Shown: positions 1-8,737 of the stretch, piece after piece | Layout of the letters: every line of letters begins with the position of its first letter | Position numbering within the stretch: position 1 is the first letter of the stretch | NCBI GenBank assembly: GCA_963677105.1 | Contig: OY781871.1 | Span: 750,001 to 782,000, forward strand | From: Candidatus Saccharimonadota bacterium | GTDB taxonomy: Bacteria > Patescibacteriota > Gracilibacteria > UBA4473 | Length of the DNA: 32,000 nt | Reading direction: 5' to 3' | Translations under genes and position numbers: made by a program | Notes under the pieces: model-generated | Told to the model about the DNA's origin: nothing | Databases searched by the model: none | Seen by the model: only the letters and a program-made list of their open reading frames with translations

Positions 1-1272
1 AAAATTTGCAGCTTCTCCAATTTTTTGTGCGCCAGATAGAGTTCCATGATTTCCGTATCCAGAAATATCATTTGCACCTTTACTCAAAGGCCAAAACCCA
101 ACAAGACCATTTTCAATATTTTTCTTTTCATAAAGATCAGTAACTTCTTCTTCAGATAAAACACGGTTGAATACTTGTGCATCAGCAATATTTCCATCAA
201 AAAATACTTCTTGATTTGGATATGTTGAATGATGTCCTGCTCCAATAAAAAAATCATACGATTCGTACCAAGCAGTTGTTCCTTTGTGAGAAGCTGATTT
301 TACTCCATCAAGATATAGAGTTCCAGTTACATCTTTTTGTTCTTTATATTCATTTCCATTATCAAAAGTAAGAACAGCGTGATGCCATTCTCCAGGTGTT
401 ATGGGAGCATTAAGATTATCATACCATTCAGAGTTGGCAGTAGAATATAATCCACGAAGTCTGTCGCTATTAATTTCTAATCCAAATCCATGTGTGGAAT
501 ATCCACGATTTTTTCCGATTATATTTTGTTTCTTTCCAACCTCATTTGTTTTGAACCAAACAGAAAAAGAAACAGCACCTCCTGGAGGAGAAAAACTATT
601 GAAATCTCCATAATCATCTTTTCCATCAAATTTATGACCATGGTTTCGAATATCCGCACCAATAATTTTTCCTGAATTATCATGTGGACTTACGTCGGCT
701 GTTTGGACAGGTTTTATCGAAACAGTGTCCAAGAGAAGAGAATTATTGCTTGTGGCCCGAAGATAAAGAGAACAATTTCCCGTGCTTGTAGGAGTAATTG
801 TATAAATTTGTCTTGTCCATGTTGTTACAGCTGGAATTGTTTGTGCTCCTTCACCAGAACAGCTGGCATATAATCCGGCAGAATGCGTAACTGTATTTTT
901 ATGCCAAAAAGAAATCTTATATTCTACGCCACTTACTACAGAAAAATTTTGAGAACGAACTCCGTAATAACTTCCACCAGTTTTTTCAATTTTTTGAGCA
1001 GATTTTCCAGAATATACATCGGAAGTTTCTTCACTTAAAGTCCCAGTACCATCTCCTTGATTATTGAAAATCCAATCATTTGCCATTCCGTCAGTAAATC
1101 CATCTTCAAAATCATTATTTTCCACAAGATTTGTTCCCATCGATATTGAATTTGTTGTTAATGGCCAATGTCCCATGAGTCCTTTTTGGAGAGAACTTCC
1201 AATTCCACCAGGAGCCGCAATTGCTACAAGTGGAAAGAAAATTATCGTAAGAAAGAGAGAACGGAATAACAT
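1..1272 (-). CDS. Secreted LamG/concanavalin-A-like lectin-domain protein; C-terminus runs off the left edge
   Basis: Absent from the ORF track because there is no stop in the window. My minus-strand translation from ATG (complement of 1270-1272) stays open to base 1 (424 codons). MLFRSLFLTIIFFPLVAIAAPGG is a signal peptide. NLVENNDFEDGFTDGMANDWIF...YKISFWHK looks like a CBM4/9-type segment. FDGKDDYGDF..VSFSVWFKT..GEWHHAVLTFD..LYLDGV..FFIGAG..FDGNIADAQVFNRVLSEEEV is a LamG (Laminin_G_3) pattern. Confidence 0.75.
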   Translation of the reverse strand, partial: MLFRSLFLTIIFFPLVAIAAPGGIGSSLQKGLMGHWPLTTNSISMGTNLVENNDFEDGFTDGMANDWIFNNQGDGTGTLSEETSDVYSGKSAQKIEKTGGSYYGVRSQNFSVVSGVEYKISFWHKNTVTHSAGLYASCSGEGAQTIPAVTTWTRQIYTITPTSTGNCSLYLRATSNNSLLLDTVSIKPVQTADVSPHDNSGKIIGADIRNHGHKFDGKDDYGDFNSFSPPGGAVSFSVWFKTNEVGKKQNIIGKNRGYSTHGFGLEINSDRLRGLYSTANSEWYDNLNAPITPGEWHHAVLTFDNGNEYKEQKDVTGTLYLDGVKSASHKGTTAWYESYDFFIGAGHHSTYPNQEVFFDGNIADAQVFNRVLSEEEVTDLYEKKNIENGLVGFWPLSKGANDISGYGNHGTLSGAQKIGEAANF

Positions 1273-1310
1273 TGTTTTTTAGCTTAGGCTTTTACAGAAT
1301 AAAGAAATAA

Positions 1311-2501
1311 TCAGTTATGTTCTACAATTTCAAGTACATTGAGATATCCATACGAAGCATTTTCTCCAGTTGTCATTGAAATGGAAATAGTTCCATCAGC
1401 TTCAGGTGTTATGTTTGAAATAGAAACAGTGTTTGTATTGTTATACGCAGCATTTAATGAAACAGATGTGTCATTGATGGTGTATATACTTGTTCTGTCT
1501 CGAGAAGTTCTTCGAGAAGCGTAAAAAGTGAAACTATATTCTTTGTCTGTATCGAGATCTGAAAGAACTATTTCTGGAGGAGTGTGCCATCGTCTGAAAT
1601 AAAAAGAATCTCTTTTTGCTGTATTTGGGTAAGGAGATTCGATAGTGCTGTATCCAGAATTATTTCTTCCTTGGAATTGTTGAGCAATAGAAAGAGATAT
1701 GTTGCTAGTTTCTCCCAAGTCATCTACAAGCCCCACTAATTGTCCAGTTGCATAATTATCAAGATTATTCCAATTTCCAGGAGTAGTTGTACTATTTCGT
1801 CCAAAATCTATTAAATATTTCAAATCTGGACAACTCGTGCAATCTTGTCCACCACAATCAATTTTTTCTTCATCTCCATTCAAAATTCCATCATTGCATG
1901 TAGCACAAATATTAGGACAACTTCCTCCGCAATCTATCCCTGTTTCATCACCATTTTGCTCGCCATCATTACAGGTGGGAGTGTCTAATTCATTATTTAA
2001 AGCGCTTAAACTTCCATCCTCTTGTCCGCGAAAATATTGTTGTGATTCTGTGTTCCAATAAAGGATTCCTGGAGCAGCAGATTTAAGAGTGTTTATTGTA
2101 CTTATTTCTGAGGAGGTTTTCCAGCTAGGACTAGTATTAACAATTGTGGTAGAAGATGTGGTTGCTCCTTTTTCATATATCTGTGCGTCGGTGTTCCAAT
2201 ATAATTTATGGGGAACAACTTGATGAGAATCCTTAAGCGTCGTTAATTCTGCAGCAGAAAGTAAAGATCCGTTTGGAGCAAATAGTGGCTGAAGAGAAGA
2301 TTGACTCACTGCTTTTTTGTACACTTTTAAAGTCGTGTCCCAATAATTATATCCAGGAACGAGAGTGCCACTAGTTTGAAGGGTCGTGAGTTCGGTAGTA
2401 CTGAGTCGCGTATTTACTGCCAATATTGAATTGGGAAAAATAAACAATGCTGTGATTAACAAAATTTTGTTAAATACGTTTTTATATCGATAATATAACA
2501 T
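1311..2501 (-). CDS. Secreted repeat protein with two Cys-rich CNDGxxNGDExxIDCGG modules and a C-terminal beta-sandwich-like domain
   Basis: 396-aa ORF with an N-terminal hydrophobic signal (ILLITALFIFPNSILA). Three ~32-aa repeats (..ELTTL..S..VP...YW.T...Y.K). Tandem motifs CNDGEQNGDETGIDCGGSC / CNDGILNGDEEKIDCGGQDC. The C-terminal ~170 aa ends GYLNVLEI. Function unknown. Confidence 0.7.
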   Translation of the reverse strand: MLYYRYKNVFNKILLITALFIFPNSILAVNTRLSTTELTTLQTSGTLVPGYNYWDTTLKVYKKAVSQSSLQPLFAPNGSLLSAAELTTLKDSHQVVPHKLYWNTDAQIYEKGATTSSTTIVNTSPSWKTSSEISTINTLKSAAPGILYWNTESQQYFRGQEDGSLSALNNELDTPTCNDGEQNGDETGIDCGGSCPNICATCNDGILNGDEEKIDCGGQDCTSCPDLKYLIDFGRNSTTTPGNWNNLDNYATGQLVGLVDDLGETSNISLSIAQQFQGRNNSGYSTIESPYPNTAKRDSFYFRRWHTPPEIVLSDLDTDKEYSFTFYASRRTSRDRTSIYTINDTSVSLNAAYNNTNTVSISNITPEADGTISISMTTGENASYGYLNVLEIVEHN

Positions 2502-2695
2502 ATTACTTGTATTTCATTCGTGCTCAAGAGTATTTTTTATGTTCAATAAAATGATACAATTTTTTAAGAGCGAATCAAAAAAAATTACAGAATGAGTATA
2601 TTATCCATTGACAATAATTATTGATTATTTTTAAGTGATATTATTTTCGAGAAAAAGAGTGTTCGGAGAGATGTTTTTTTGATATACTTTAAATA

Positions 2696-3331
2696 ATGAA
2701 AATAGCCCCTTCGATTCTCGATGCAGATTTCTCTCAGCTTAGTGTTGAGTTGGATTCCATAAAAACAGCAGATAGAATCCATTTAGATGTGATGGATGGG
2801 CAATATGTTCCCAATATTTCGCTTGGAGCGGGGGTTTTGAAAAAAGTGAAATTTCCAAAAGAAACCGAGGTTCATTTGATGACGTTGAATCCAGAGAATT
2901 TCATAAATGATTTTGTTTCACTCGGAGCAAAGACAATTACGTTTCATATCGAAGCAACAGGAGTGGATCGTGCGATTGCATTATTGAAAACAATAAAATC
3001 AAAAGGAGTGAAGGCAGGAATTACAATTGATGGATATACAGATCCAGATTGGCTTACGGATGAAATGTTAGCGTTGTCAGATCAAATTTTAGTAATGTCT
3101 GTAAAATCAGGATTTGGTGGACAATCCTTTATGCCAGCGGCTTTATTAAAAGTTGAGGATTTACGTTCACGAGGATTTTCTGGAGAAATCGAAATAGATG
3201 GCGGAGTAAATCTAGATAATATTCAAGAAATCTCTGACGCAGGAGTAGATATTGCTGTTGTGGGAAGTTTTCTTATGAAAAAAGATTCAGCAGAACGTGC
3301 TGCATTGATTACAGAACTACAGCAAGCGTAG
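2696..3331 (+). CDS. rpe: Ribulose-phosphate 3-epimerase
   Basis: 211 aa. Canonical N-terminus MKIAPSILDADFSQL, plus HLDVMDG, MSV.PGFGGQSF-like (VMSVKSGFGGQSF) and EIDGGV motifs. See the rejected note on start-codon indexing. Confidence 0.9.
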   Translation: MKIAPSILDADFSQLSVELDSIKTADRIHLDVMDGQYVPNISLGAGVLKKVKFPKETEVHLMTLNPENFINDFVSLGAKTITFHIEATGVDRAIALLKTIKSKGVKAGITIDGYTDPDWLTDEMLALSDQILVMSVKSGFGGQSFMPAALLKVEDLRSRGFSGEIEIDGGVNLDNIQEISDAGVDIAVVGSFLMKKDSAERAALITELQQA

Positions 3332-3352
3332 TTCTACAATTTCCTGAAAGAT

Positions 3353-3991
3353 TTATTGAGTAACGATATATTCGTCTTTTCCGATATCTTCAAATAAAAT
3401 TTTGTAGTCTTCTCGTCCTTCACGAACAAAATATACCTCAGTTTTTTGTGTTTCTTGATCGAACCAAATTCCTACGCCATCAGAAGGTTGCAATGCTCCA
3501 AATTTTTCTTCGAGATGTAGCGCAACCTTATTTATATTTTCATCAGTTTGAAGGAGATTGAATATTTGAGGATCATCTTCGCGACTTTCACGAAAGGTCT
3601 TTTTTGCGGAATTAATCATATTAGAGTCACGAACGAGAGATTGCCAAGATTGTCCTTTTCGTGGATATGCAATGGATGCATTCAGTTGGAACATTTCAAA
3701 TGCTCCTTCACTATTAATGGTGAGTCTACAGTTTTTATAACCAGGATGATCTTGTGAGATATTTTCATTAAGTTCTCGCAACTGTTCGTTTTTATATTGT
3801 TCGAAGTCCTTATAAAAAATTTCAGTAGCTCGTTCCAGTTGCGCTTTTTTTTCTTCCATCTTTTTCTCCATTCTTTTTGCTTGTTCTTTTTTCTCCTGCT
3901 CTGTGAGAACAGTGTGTTGTTCTGGAGAACCATTCTGAAACAGAAAGTTTTTTGAAACAAACATGTCTGACGAGTGGGCGAGTGATTTCAT
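3353..3991 (-). CDS. Hypothetical protein with an N-terminal Lys/Glu-rich coiled-coil segment
   Basis: 212-aa ORF filling the rpe-ribE gap with no competing ORF. I recognise no family. Confidence 0.55.
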   Translation of the reverse strand: MKSLAHSSDMFVSKNFLFQNGSPEQHTVLTEQEKKEQAKRMEKKMEEKKAQLERATEIFYKDFEQYKNEQLRELNENISQDHPGYKNCRLTINSEGAFEMFQLNASIAYPRKGQSWQSLVRDSNMINSAKKTFRESREDDPQIFNLLQTDENINKVALHLEEKFGALQPSDGVGIWFDQETQKTEVYFVREGREDYKILFEDIGKDEYIVTQ

Positions 3992-4081
3992 TTTTTATAT
4001 TTAAATCTCATTATTCTACCAGAATTTGTCGTAAAAAGCAATACCATTGTTTTTTCTTGAGAAAGAAGTAGGCTACGAGTA

Positions 4082-4660
4082 ATGTTTACAGGAATTGTTG
4101 AGGCCGTTGGAACGATTGAATATATCGATGGAAACAAGTTTACAATCACGCATCCTTTTGGAGAAACATTTTCAATAGGGGAATCCATTTCTCTTTCAGG
4201 AATGTGTTCGACTGTTCTCATTACAAATGAGGAATCTTTCACAGTAGAAATAATGTTGGAGTCGCGACGAAGAACGACATTTGGTTCAGCAAAAAGAGGA
4301 GACAAAATAAATCTAGAACGTTCTGTTCAGATTGGCGTGCGAAATTCTGGTCATTTCGTTACAGGACATATTGATGAAGTTGGGAAAATTTCATCGATTT
4401 CTCGTGATGGTGATGCCTGGAGATTTCGGATAGAATTTTCGCCAAAAAATGCAGCATTGGTTGTAGAAAAAGGATCAATTGGAATTGATGGATGTTCAAT
4501 GACAGTCGCTAATTGTGGAAATGATTGGTTAGAAGTTTGCGTAATATCACATACCTTTTCAGAAACAATATTTGGAACAAAAAAAGAAGGAGATGGAGTG
4601 AACTTGGAATTCGACATTTTAGGAAAATATATTGTGCGGAGAGAAGAATTAGAGAAATAA
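4082..4660 (+). CDS. ribE: Riboflavin synthase (alpha chain)
   Basis: 192 aa. MFTGIVEAVGTI start and two lumazine-binding repeats (..SISLSGMCSTV.. / ..SIGIDGCSMTV..). Confidence 0.9.
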   Translation: MFTGIVEAVGTIEYIDGNKFTITHPFGETFSIGESISLSGMCSTVLITNEESFTVEIMLESRRRTTFGSAKRGDKINLERSVQIGVRNSGHFVTGHIDEVGKISSISRDGDAWRFRIEFSPKNAALVVEKGSIGIDGCSMTVANCGNDWLEVCVISHTFSETIFGTKKEGDGVNLEFDILGKYIVRREELEK

Positions 4661-4691
4661 AACTACAAACTTCAATCTACAAACTACAAAT
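4661..4691 (+). repeat. TNCAAAN heptamer-type array filling the ribE-ribD spacer up to the ribD ATG
   Basis: aactacaaacttcaatctacaaactacaaat. Same unit family as 4860-4901, 5192-5219, 8760-8794, 9890-9931(rc) and 21840-21888(rc). Confidence 0.7.
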
Positions 4692-5723
4692 ATGGAATTT
4701 CTAGATTTAGCAGCAGAACTAGCAGAAAAAGTGAATTGGCGAGATGTATATCCAAATCCACGGGTTGGATGTGTGATTGCTCGAAATGGGGATGTGGTAG
4801 CAACGGGAGTTCATGAGAAATACGGAAGTGCGCATGCAGAAGTAATGGCGATAGAGAACTTTAAATTACAAACTTCAAACTTCAAACTTCAAACTTCAAA
4901 TAATGAGAAATTTATTTCAGGGGTTGAAGTGTATGTAACGCTTGAGCCGTGTGATCATTTTTTGGGAAAGAAAACGGGAAGTTGTACACAAAAATTGATC
5001 GAACTTCATCCTAATAAGGTTGTTATTGGAGTCTTAGATAAGCGGTTTTGTGGAAAAAATGTGGAAAAGTTAAAAGCAGCAGGAATAAAAGTTGAGGTAA
5101 TAAATCATGAAAAAAGTGAGCAGTTATCACGAGCAAAACCATATGTGATTTTGAAAATGGCTCAGACGTTAGATGGGAAAATTGGTGAGACTTCAAATTA
5201 CAAACTTCAAACTTCAAATAGAACACCAGTTTATATTTCATCTTTTGAATCAAGAAAAAAAGTTCATCAATTGCGATCACAAGTAGATGGAATTTTGACC
5301 ACAACAGAGACCATTATTACAGATGATCCAATTTTAGATTGCCGACTTGTGAATAAAAATATTGCTCAAAATTTATTTGTATTTGGAAAACGAACAATTC
5401 CACAAAATGCTCACATATTTCTTTCATCTAATCGAGAAATAAAATTTCTCACAGGCGAAGACTTATCTCGTGATCTTCGTGAAATATCAGAAATGGGTGT
5501 AAAAACGTTATTAACAGAATGTGGATCAAAAATGGCAACGTCGTTATTAAAGGAGAATTTAGTTGATGAAATCTTATTATTTATTGCGCCTCGAGTTTCG
5601 GGAAAAGGAATCTCAACATTTAGAGAAGAAATTTCATTTTATGATTTTTCTTTGAGTTCAGTAGAACGGGTCGACGGAGATGTTGTTCTGAGGTTTATAA
5701 AAATATTTGACAATATGTATTAA
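4692..5723 (+). CDS. ribD: Bifunctional riboflavin biosynthesis protein RibD (pyrimidine deaminase / uracil reductase) with two repeat-derived insertions
   Basis: 343 aa. Deaminase motifs NPRVGCVI, HAEVMAI and TLEPC..(x)..C. Reductase part KPYVILKMAQTLDGKI, VHQLRSQVDGILT and ECG.KMATSLL. Contains FKLQTSNFKLQTSN and TSNYKLQTSN insertions. Confidence 0.85.
   Translation: MEFLDLAAELAEKVNWRDVYPNPRVGCVIARNGDVVATGVHEKYGSAHAEVMAIENFKLQTSNFKLQTSNNEKFISGVEVYVTLEPCDHFLGKKTGSCTQKLIELHPNKVVIGVLDKRFCGKNVEKLKAAGIKVEVINHEKSEQLSRAKPYVILKMAQTLDGKIGETSNYKLQTSNRTPVYISSFESRKKVHQLRSQVDGILTTTETIITDDPILDCRLVNKNIAQNLFVFGKRTIPQNAHIFLSSNREIKFLTGEDLSRDLREISEMGVKTLLTECGSKMATSLLKENLVDEILLFIAPRVSGKGISTFREEISFYDFSLSSVERVDGDVVLRFIKIFDNMY
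4860..4901 (+). repeat. Six tandem heptamers inside ribD (tttaaat tacaaac ttcaaac x3 ttcaaat), translated FKLQTSNFKLQTSN
   Basis: Direct reading: 42 nt = 6 x 7 = 2 x 21 nt, in frame. Confidence 0.9.
5192..5219 (+). repeat. Four tandem heptamers inside ribD (ttcaaat tacaaac ttcaaac ttcaaat)
   Basis: Direct reading: 28 nt, encoding part of ..ETSNYKLQTSNR.. Confidence 0.9.
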
Positions 5724-5778
5724 TAGTCTTATTTATATTAAAGAGGAAGGATTATTTATGTTTTAATTAAATATTAAA

Positions 5779-6405
5779 ATGTCGTCATTAATAGAATTAG
5801 ATAAAAAGATTTCTATAACATCTCCCACCAAAGATGATATAGACGGAATTATCTTATTACGAGACGCTAATTTTAGAACTAAAAAGACGCCTGGTGTTGG
5901 TTGGAAATTAACAAAAGAACAACTTTTGAAATATATGGATTATGAGAGATCTGTTGTTTTGAAAAGGGTCGAAGAAGTCTTAGGTTATATTCTAACCATT
6001 GATAGAACTATAATTAATGAAGAAGGAGAGAAAAAACTTCCTGAAGGGTTAGAATATATGGGACGTTCAATTGATGATTTTCGTGTTGCACTTGGTCAAG
6101 TCTGTGTATCGGAAAAGGTCAGAGGACAAGGGTTTTTTCAGAAAATGTATGATATTGTTTTTGAAACATGTCAAAGGGTTTATGATTTAAGAATTATGGT
6201 TGTAAGAGCTGAAAATGAAGTGTCATTAAGAGCACATAATAAACTTCCTGGCGTCGAGGTTTTGATAAAAGATGGAGATGAAAAATATTTTTTAGTAAAA
6301 GATTTTACCACAACAACAGATATTTTATTTATTGTGACACCAGAAAATTTTAAAACAGAGATATTTAAAAACAATGAAGACACAGATTTCCTATTAATTC
6401 GGTAG
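5779..6405 (+). CDS. Probable GNAT-family N-acetyltransferase
   Basis: 208 aa. QVCVSEKVRGQGFFQKMYD fits the GNAT motif A (Q/RxxGxG/A). The downstream NEVSLRAHNKLPG resembles N..S...Y.K.GF. Confidence 0.5.
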   Translation: MSSLIELDKKISITSPTKDDIDGIILLRDANFRTKKTPGVGWKLTKEQLLKYMDYERSVVLKRVEEVLGYILTIDRTIINEEGEKKLPEGLEYMGRSIDDFRVALGQVCVSEKVRGQGFFQKMYDIVFETCQRVYDLRIMVVRAENEVSLRAHNKLPGVEVLIKDGDEKYFLVKDFTTTTDILFIVTPENFKTEIFKNNEDTDFLLIR

Positions 6406-6474
6406 ATATTAAATGGTTTGCTTTTTATAAGTCTTCCTTGATAGAATGTATCCGATTTCATAAACAATAAAAAA

Positions 6475-6831
6475 ATGAACAAAATAAAAACCAAATTACA
6501 GTCTTTGCCAAAGGAGCGTTTGTATCTGTTTTTCATTGGAATAATTATTATATTTGGTGGTGTTATTGGGGCATTTGCTCCGTGGTTTAGTGCGTTATTC
6601 GGAATTATCCTTGGACCATTTTGTATTCTCGTTGGATATTATGGATCTGATGTAAAAAAAGGAGTCAATGAATTAAAGGGAGATATGGAGGGAATGAAAG
6701 ATATGGCAACGAGTTCTATGCAAAAGACAGTTGCAGTTGCGAAAGACTCAGCGGCTAAAGTTGAAGATGCAGCAAAAAAGACAGTTGCAAAACCAGCAAC
6801 TACAGCAAAGAAACCTGCGGCAAAAAAATAA
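6475..6831 (+). CDS. Small membrane protein with an Ala/Lys-rich C-terminal tail
   Basis: 118 aa. Two hydrophobic helices (LYLFFIGIIIIFGGVIGAF, FGIILGPFCILVGYY). Tail AAKKTVAKPATTAKKPAAKK. Followed by a terminator. Confidence 0.6.
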   Translation: MNKIKTKLQSLPKERLYLFFIGIIIIFGGVIGAFAPWFSALFGIILGPFCILVGYYGSDVKKGVNELKGDMEGMKDMATSSMQKTVAVAKDSAAKVEDAAKKTVAKPATTAKKPAAKK

Positions 6832-6854
6832 TTAAACTTTAAATTTTTTCAAAG

Positions 6855-6881
6855 AAAGGAATTTGTAGAGTTCCTTTTTTT
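6855..6881 (+). terminator. Rho-independent terminator after the 118-aa gene
   Basis: aaaggaa-tttgtagag-ttccttt followed by a T-run (6876-6881). Confidence 0.6.
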
Positions 6882-6917
6882 GTTGCTCAAAATCAGGAAA
6901 TTTGTAGACTACGAACG

Positions 6918-8735
6918 ATGAAACACGAAAAAATTATTATTCTCGACTTTGGGGGGCAATATGCTCATTTAATTGCGAGTCGTATTCGACGACTTGGAGT
7001 TTTGGCAGAAATTATGTTACCGAGTGAAACAAAAGCGGCAGATTTATCAGATGAAATGATAAAGGGAATTATTCTTTCAGGAGGACCGCAATCAGTTTTT
7101 GAAAAAGATTCACCACGAACAGATGATGCGATTTTTGATTTAGGAAAACCAATTTTAGGAATTTGTTATGGACATCAATATTTAGCACATGCTTTGGGTG
7201 GAGTTGTTGCGCCAGGAACGACTGGGGAATTTGGTAGAGCGGAATTGATTCACGACAAAAAATGTCCACTGTTTAAAAATATTCCAGAAAAATCTATTGT
7301 ATGGATGAATCATGTGGACGCTGTTGGCAAATATTCTAATGGATTTATGAATTGTGCAGAGACGGAACATTGTCAAACTGCTGCTGCATGGAATAAAGAG
7401 AAAAACTTTTTTTCAACTCAATTTCACTTGGAGGTAACACATACTAAATTTGGAGAAACATTGTTCAATAATTTTCTAGATATTTGTGAGTGTTCTCGCG
7501 ATTGGAGTGTAGAGAAGTTTTATCAAACACAAGAGCAAAGATTGAAAGAACAAATTGGCGATAGAAATGTGTTTCTATTCGTTTCAGGAGGAGTGGATAG
7601 TACGGTTACATTTGCGTTACTTTCCAAAATTCTTGGAGCAGATCGAGTTCGAGGATTATTCGTTGATACCGGACTTTTGCGGCAAGGAGAAGTAGAACAA
7701 GTGGAAAAATCAATTCGTGCGATTGGTACGGACTTAACGACACTTCGGGAAAGTGAATACTTTCTTTCAAAACTCGCTGGACAAACAGACCCGGAAGAAA
7801 AAAGAACAACGATTGGTCATGCATTTCTTGATGTTCAACAAAAATTTTTCGCAAAAAATGAACTTGGAGATGAATGGTTATTAGCGCAAGGAACAATATA
7901 TCCAGACACAATTGAAACCGGAGGAACAAAAAATGCTGATAAAATAAAAACACATCACAATCGTGCACCAGAAGTACAGAAACTTATTGATGCAGGAAAG
8001 GTTATTGAGCCAGTTGCAGATTTATATAAAGACGAAGTGCGTGCGCTTGGAGAACTGCTTGGTTTACCACATGAGTTGGTATGGCGACATCCTTTTCCCG
8101 GACCGGGATTGGGAGTGAGAATTCTCTGTTCTGCGGAAAAAAGTAATGAAACATTGATAGATGAGATTGACTCATTCACAATGCAGCCGAAAAAACGACC
8201 ATTCGTTCAATTGCCGATTAAGTCGGTTGGAGTTCAGGGAGACTTTCGAACGTATCGTCATCCTGCAGTTTTGACTTCAATTCCTGGAGAAAAAACCATT
8301 GAGAACTTAGAAAAATTTTCTACAAAACTTATCAATCATTACGATGAAATTAATCGTTGTACGTTGATTTTAGGAAAAAACTTTGAGGGAAATATTTTCC
8401 ACGTTTCTGTAAAAAAATGTGATACATCATTAGATCGAGTTGAAACATTACAACGAGCAGATGCAATTGTGACGAAGCTTTTATCAGAAATGAATGTATA
8501 TTCAGATGTATGGCAATTTCCAGTTGTGTTATTGCCGGTGTCATTTAATAAAACAGGAAGCGAAACAATTGTTTTGCGACCAGTAGATTCAATCGACGCC
8601 ATGTCTGCTTCGGTCGGAAATTTACCATGGGAATTTTTTGATCGTGCGGCAAAAGAAATTTTACAAGATTCTAATATTTCTGCGGTATTACTCGATTGTA
8701 CAAGTAAACCACCAGGAACAATTGAATGGGAATAG
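6918..8735 (+). CDS. guaA: GMP synthase (glutamine-hydrolysing), long form
   Basis: 605 aa. GATase (ILDFGGQY, CYGHQ, HLEVTH), ATP-PPase P-loop SGGVDSTV, PFPGPGLGVR, and C-terminal end TSKPPGTIEWE. Confidence 0.92.
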   Translation: MKHEKIIILDFGGQYAHLIASRIRRLGVLAEIMLPSETKAADLSDEMIKGIILSGGPQSVFEKDSPRTDDAIFDLGKPILGICYGHQYLAHALGGVVAPGTTGEFGRAELIHDKKCPLFKNIPEKSIVWMNHVDAVGKYSNGFMNCAETEHCQTAAAWNKEKNFFSTQFHLEVTHTKFGETLFNNFLDICECSRDWSVEKFYQTQEQRLKEQIGDRNVFLFVSGGVDSTVTFALLSKILGADRVRGLFVDTGLLRQGEVEQVEKSIRAIGTDLTTLRESEYFLSKLAGQTDPEEKRTTIGHAFLDVQQKFFAKNELGDEWLLAQGTIYPDTIETGGTKNADKIKTHHNRAPEVQKLIDAGKVIEPVADLYKDEVRALGELLGLPHELVWRHPFPGPGLGVRILCSAEKSNETLIDEIDSFTMQPKKRPFVQLPIKSVGVQGDFRTYRHPAVLTSIPGEKTIENLEKFSTKLINHYDEINRCTLILGKNFEGNIFHVSVKKCDTSLDRVETLQRADAIVTKLLSEMNVYSDVWQFPVVLLPVSFNKTGSETIVLRPVDSIDAMSASVGNLPWEFFDRAAKEILQDSNISAVLLDCTSKPPGTIEWE

Positions 8736-8737
8736 GC

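Noticed and set aside
2695-2702. By my manual indexing, the rpe ATG sits at 2695-2697 and is followed by five A's. That would put it one base out of the frame the ORF track gives (2696..3331, MKIAPSILDADF needs ATG-AAA-ATA).
   Set aside because: Every other track coordinate I checked matched my indexing, and the conserved Rpe N-terminus clearly starts here. The most likely cause is that I mis-indexed the A-run, so I do not report a frameshift or homopolymer error. Recounting 2690-2704 computationally would settle it.
3992-4081. Expected an FMN riboswitch upstream of ribE-ribD.
   Set aside because: Only 90 nt of A/T-rich spacer without the conserved FMN-aptamer helices, so no riboswitch is supported.
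4661-5219. Short regularly spaced repeats that might suggest a CRISPR array.
   Set aside because: The units are 7 nt and directly abutting, with no spacers of unique sequence. There are no cas genes. This is microsatellite/REP-like, not CRISPR.
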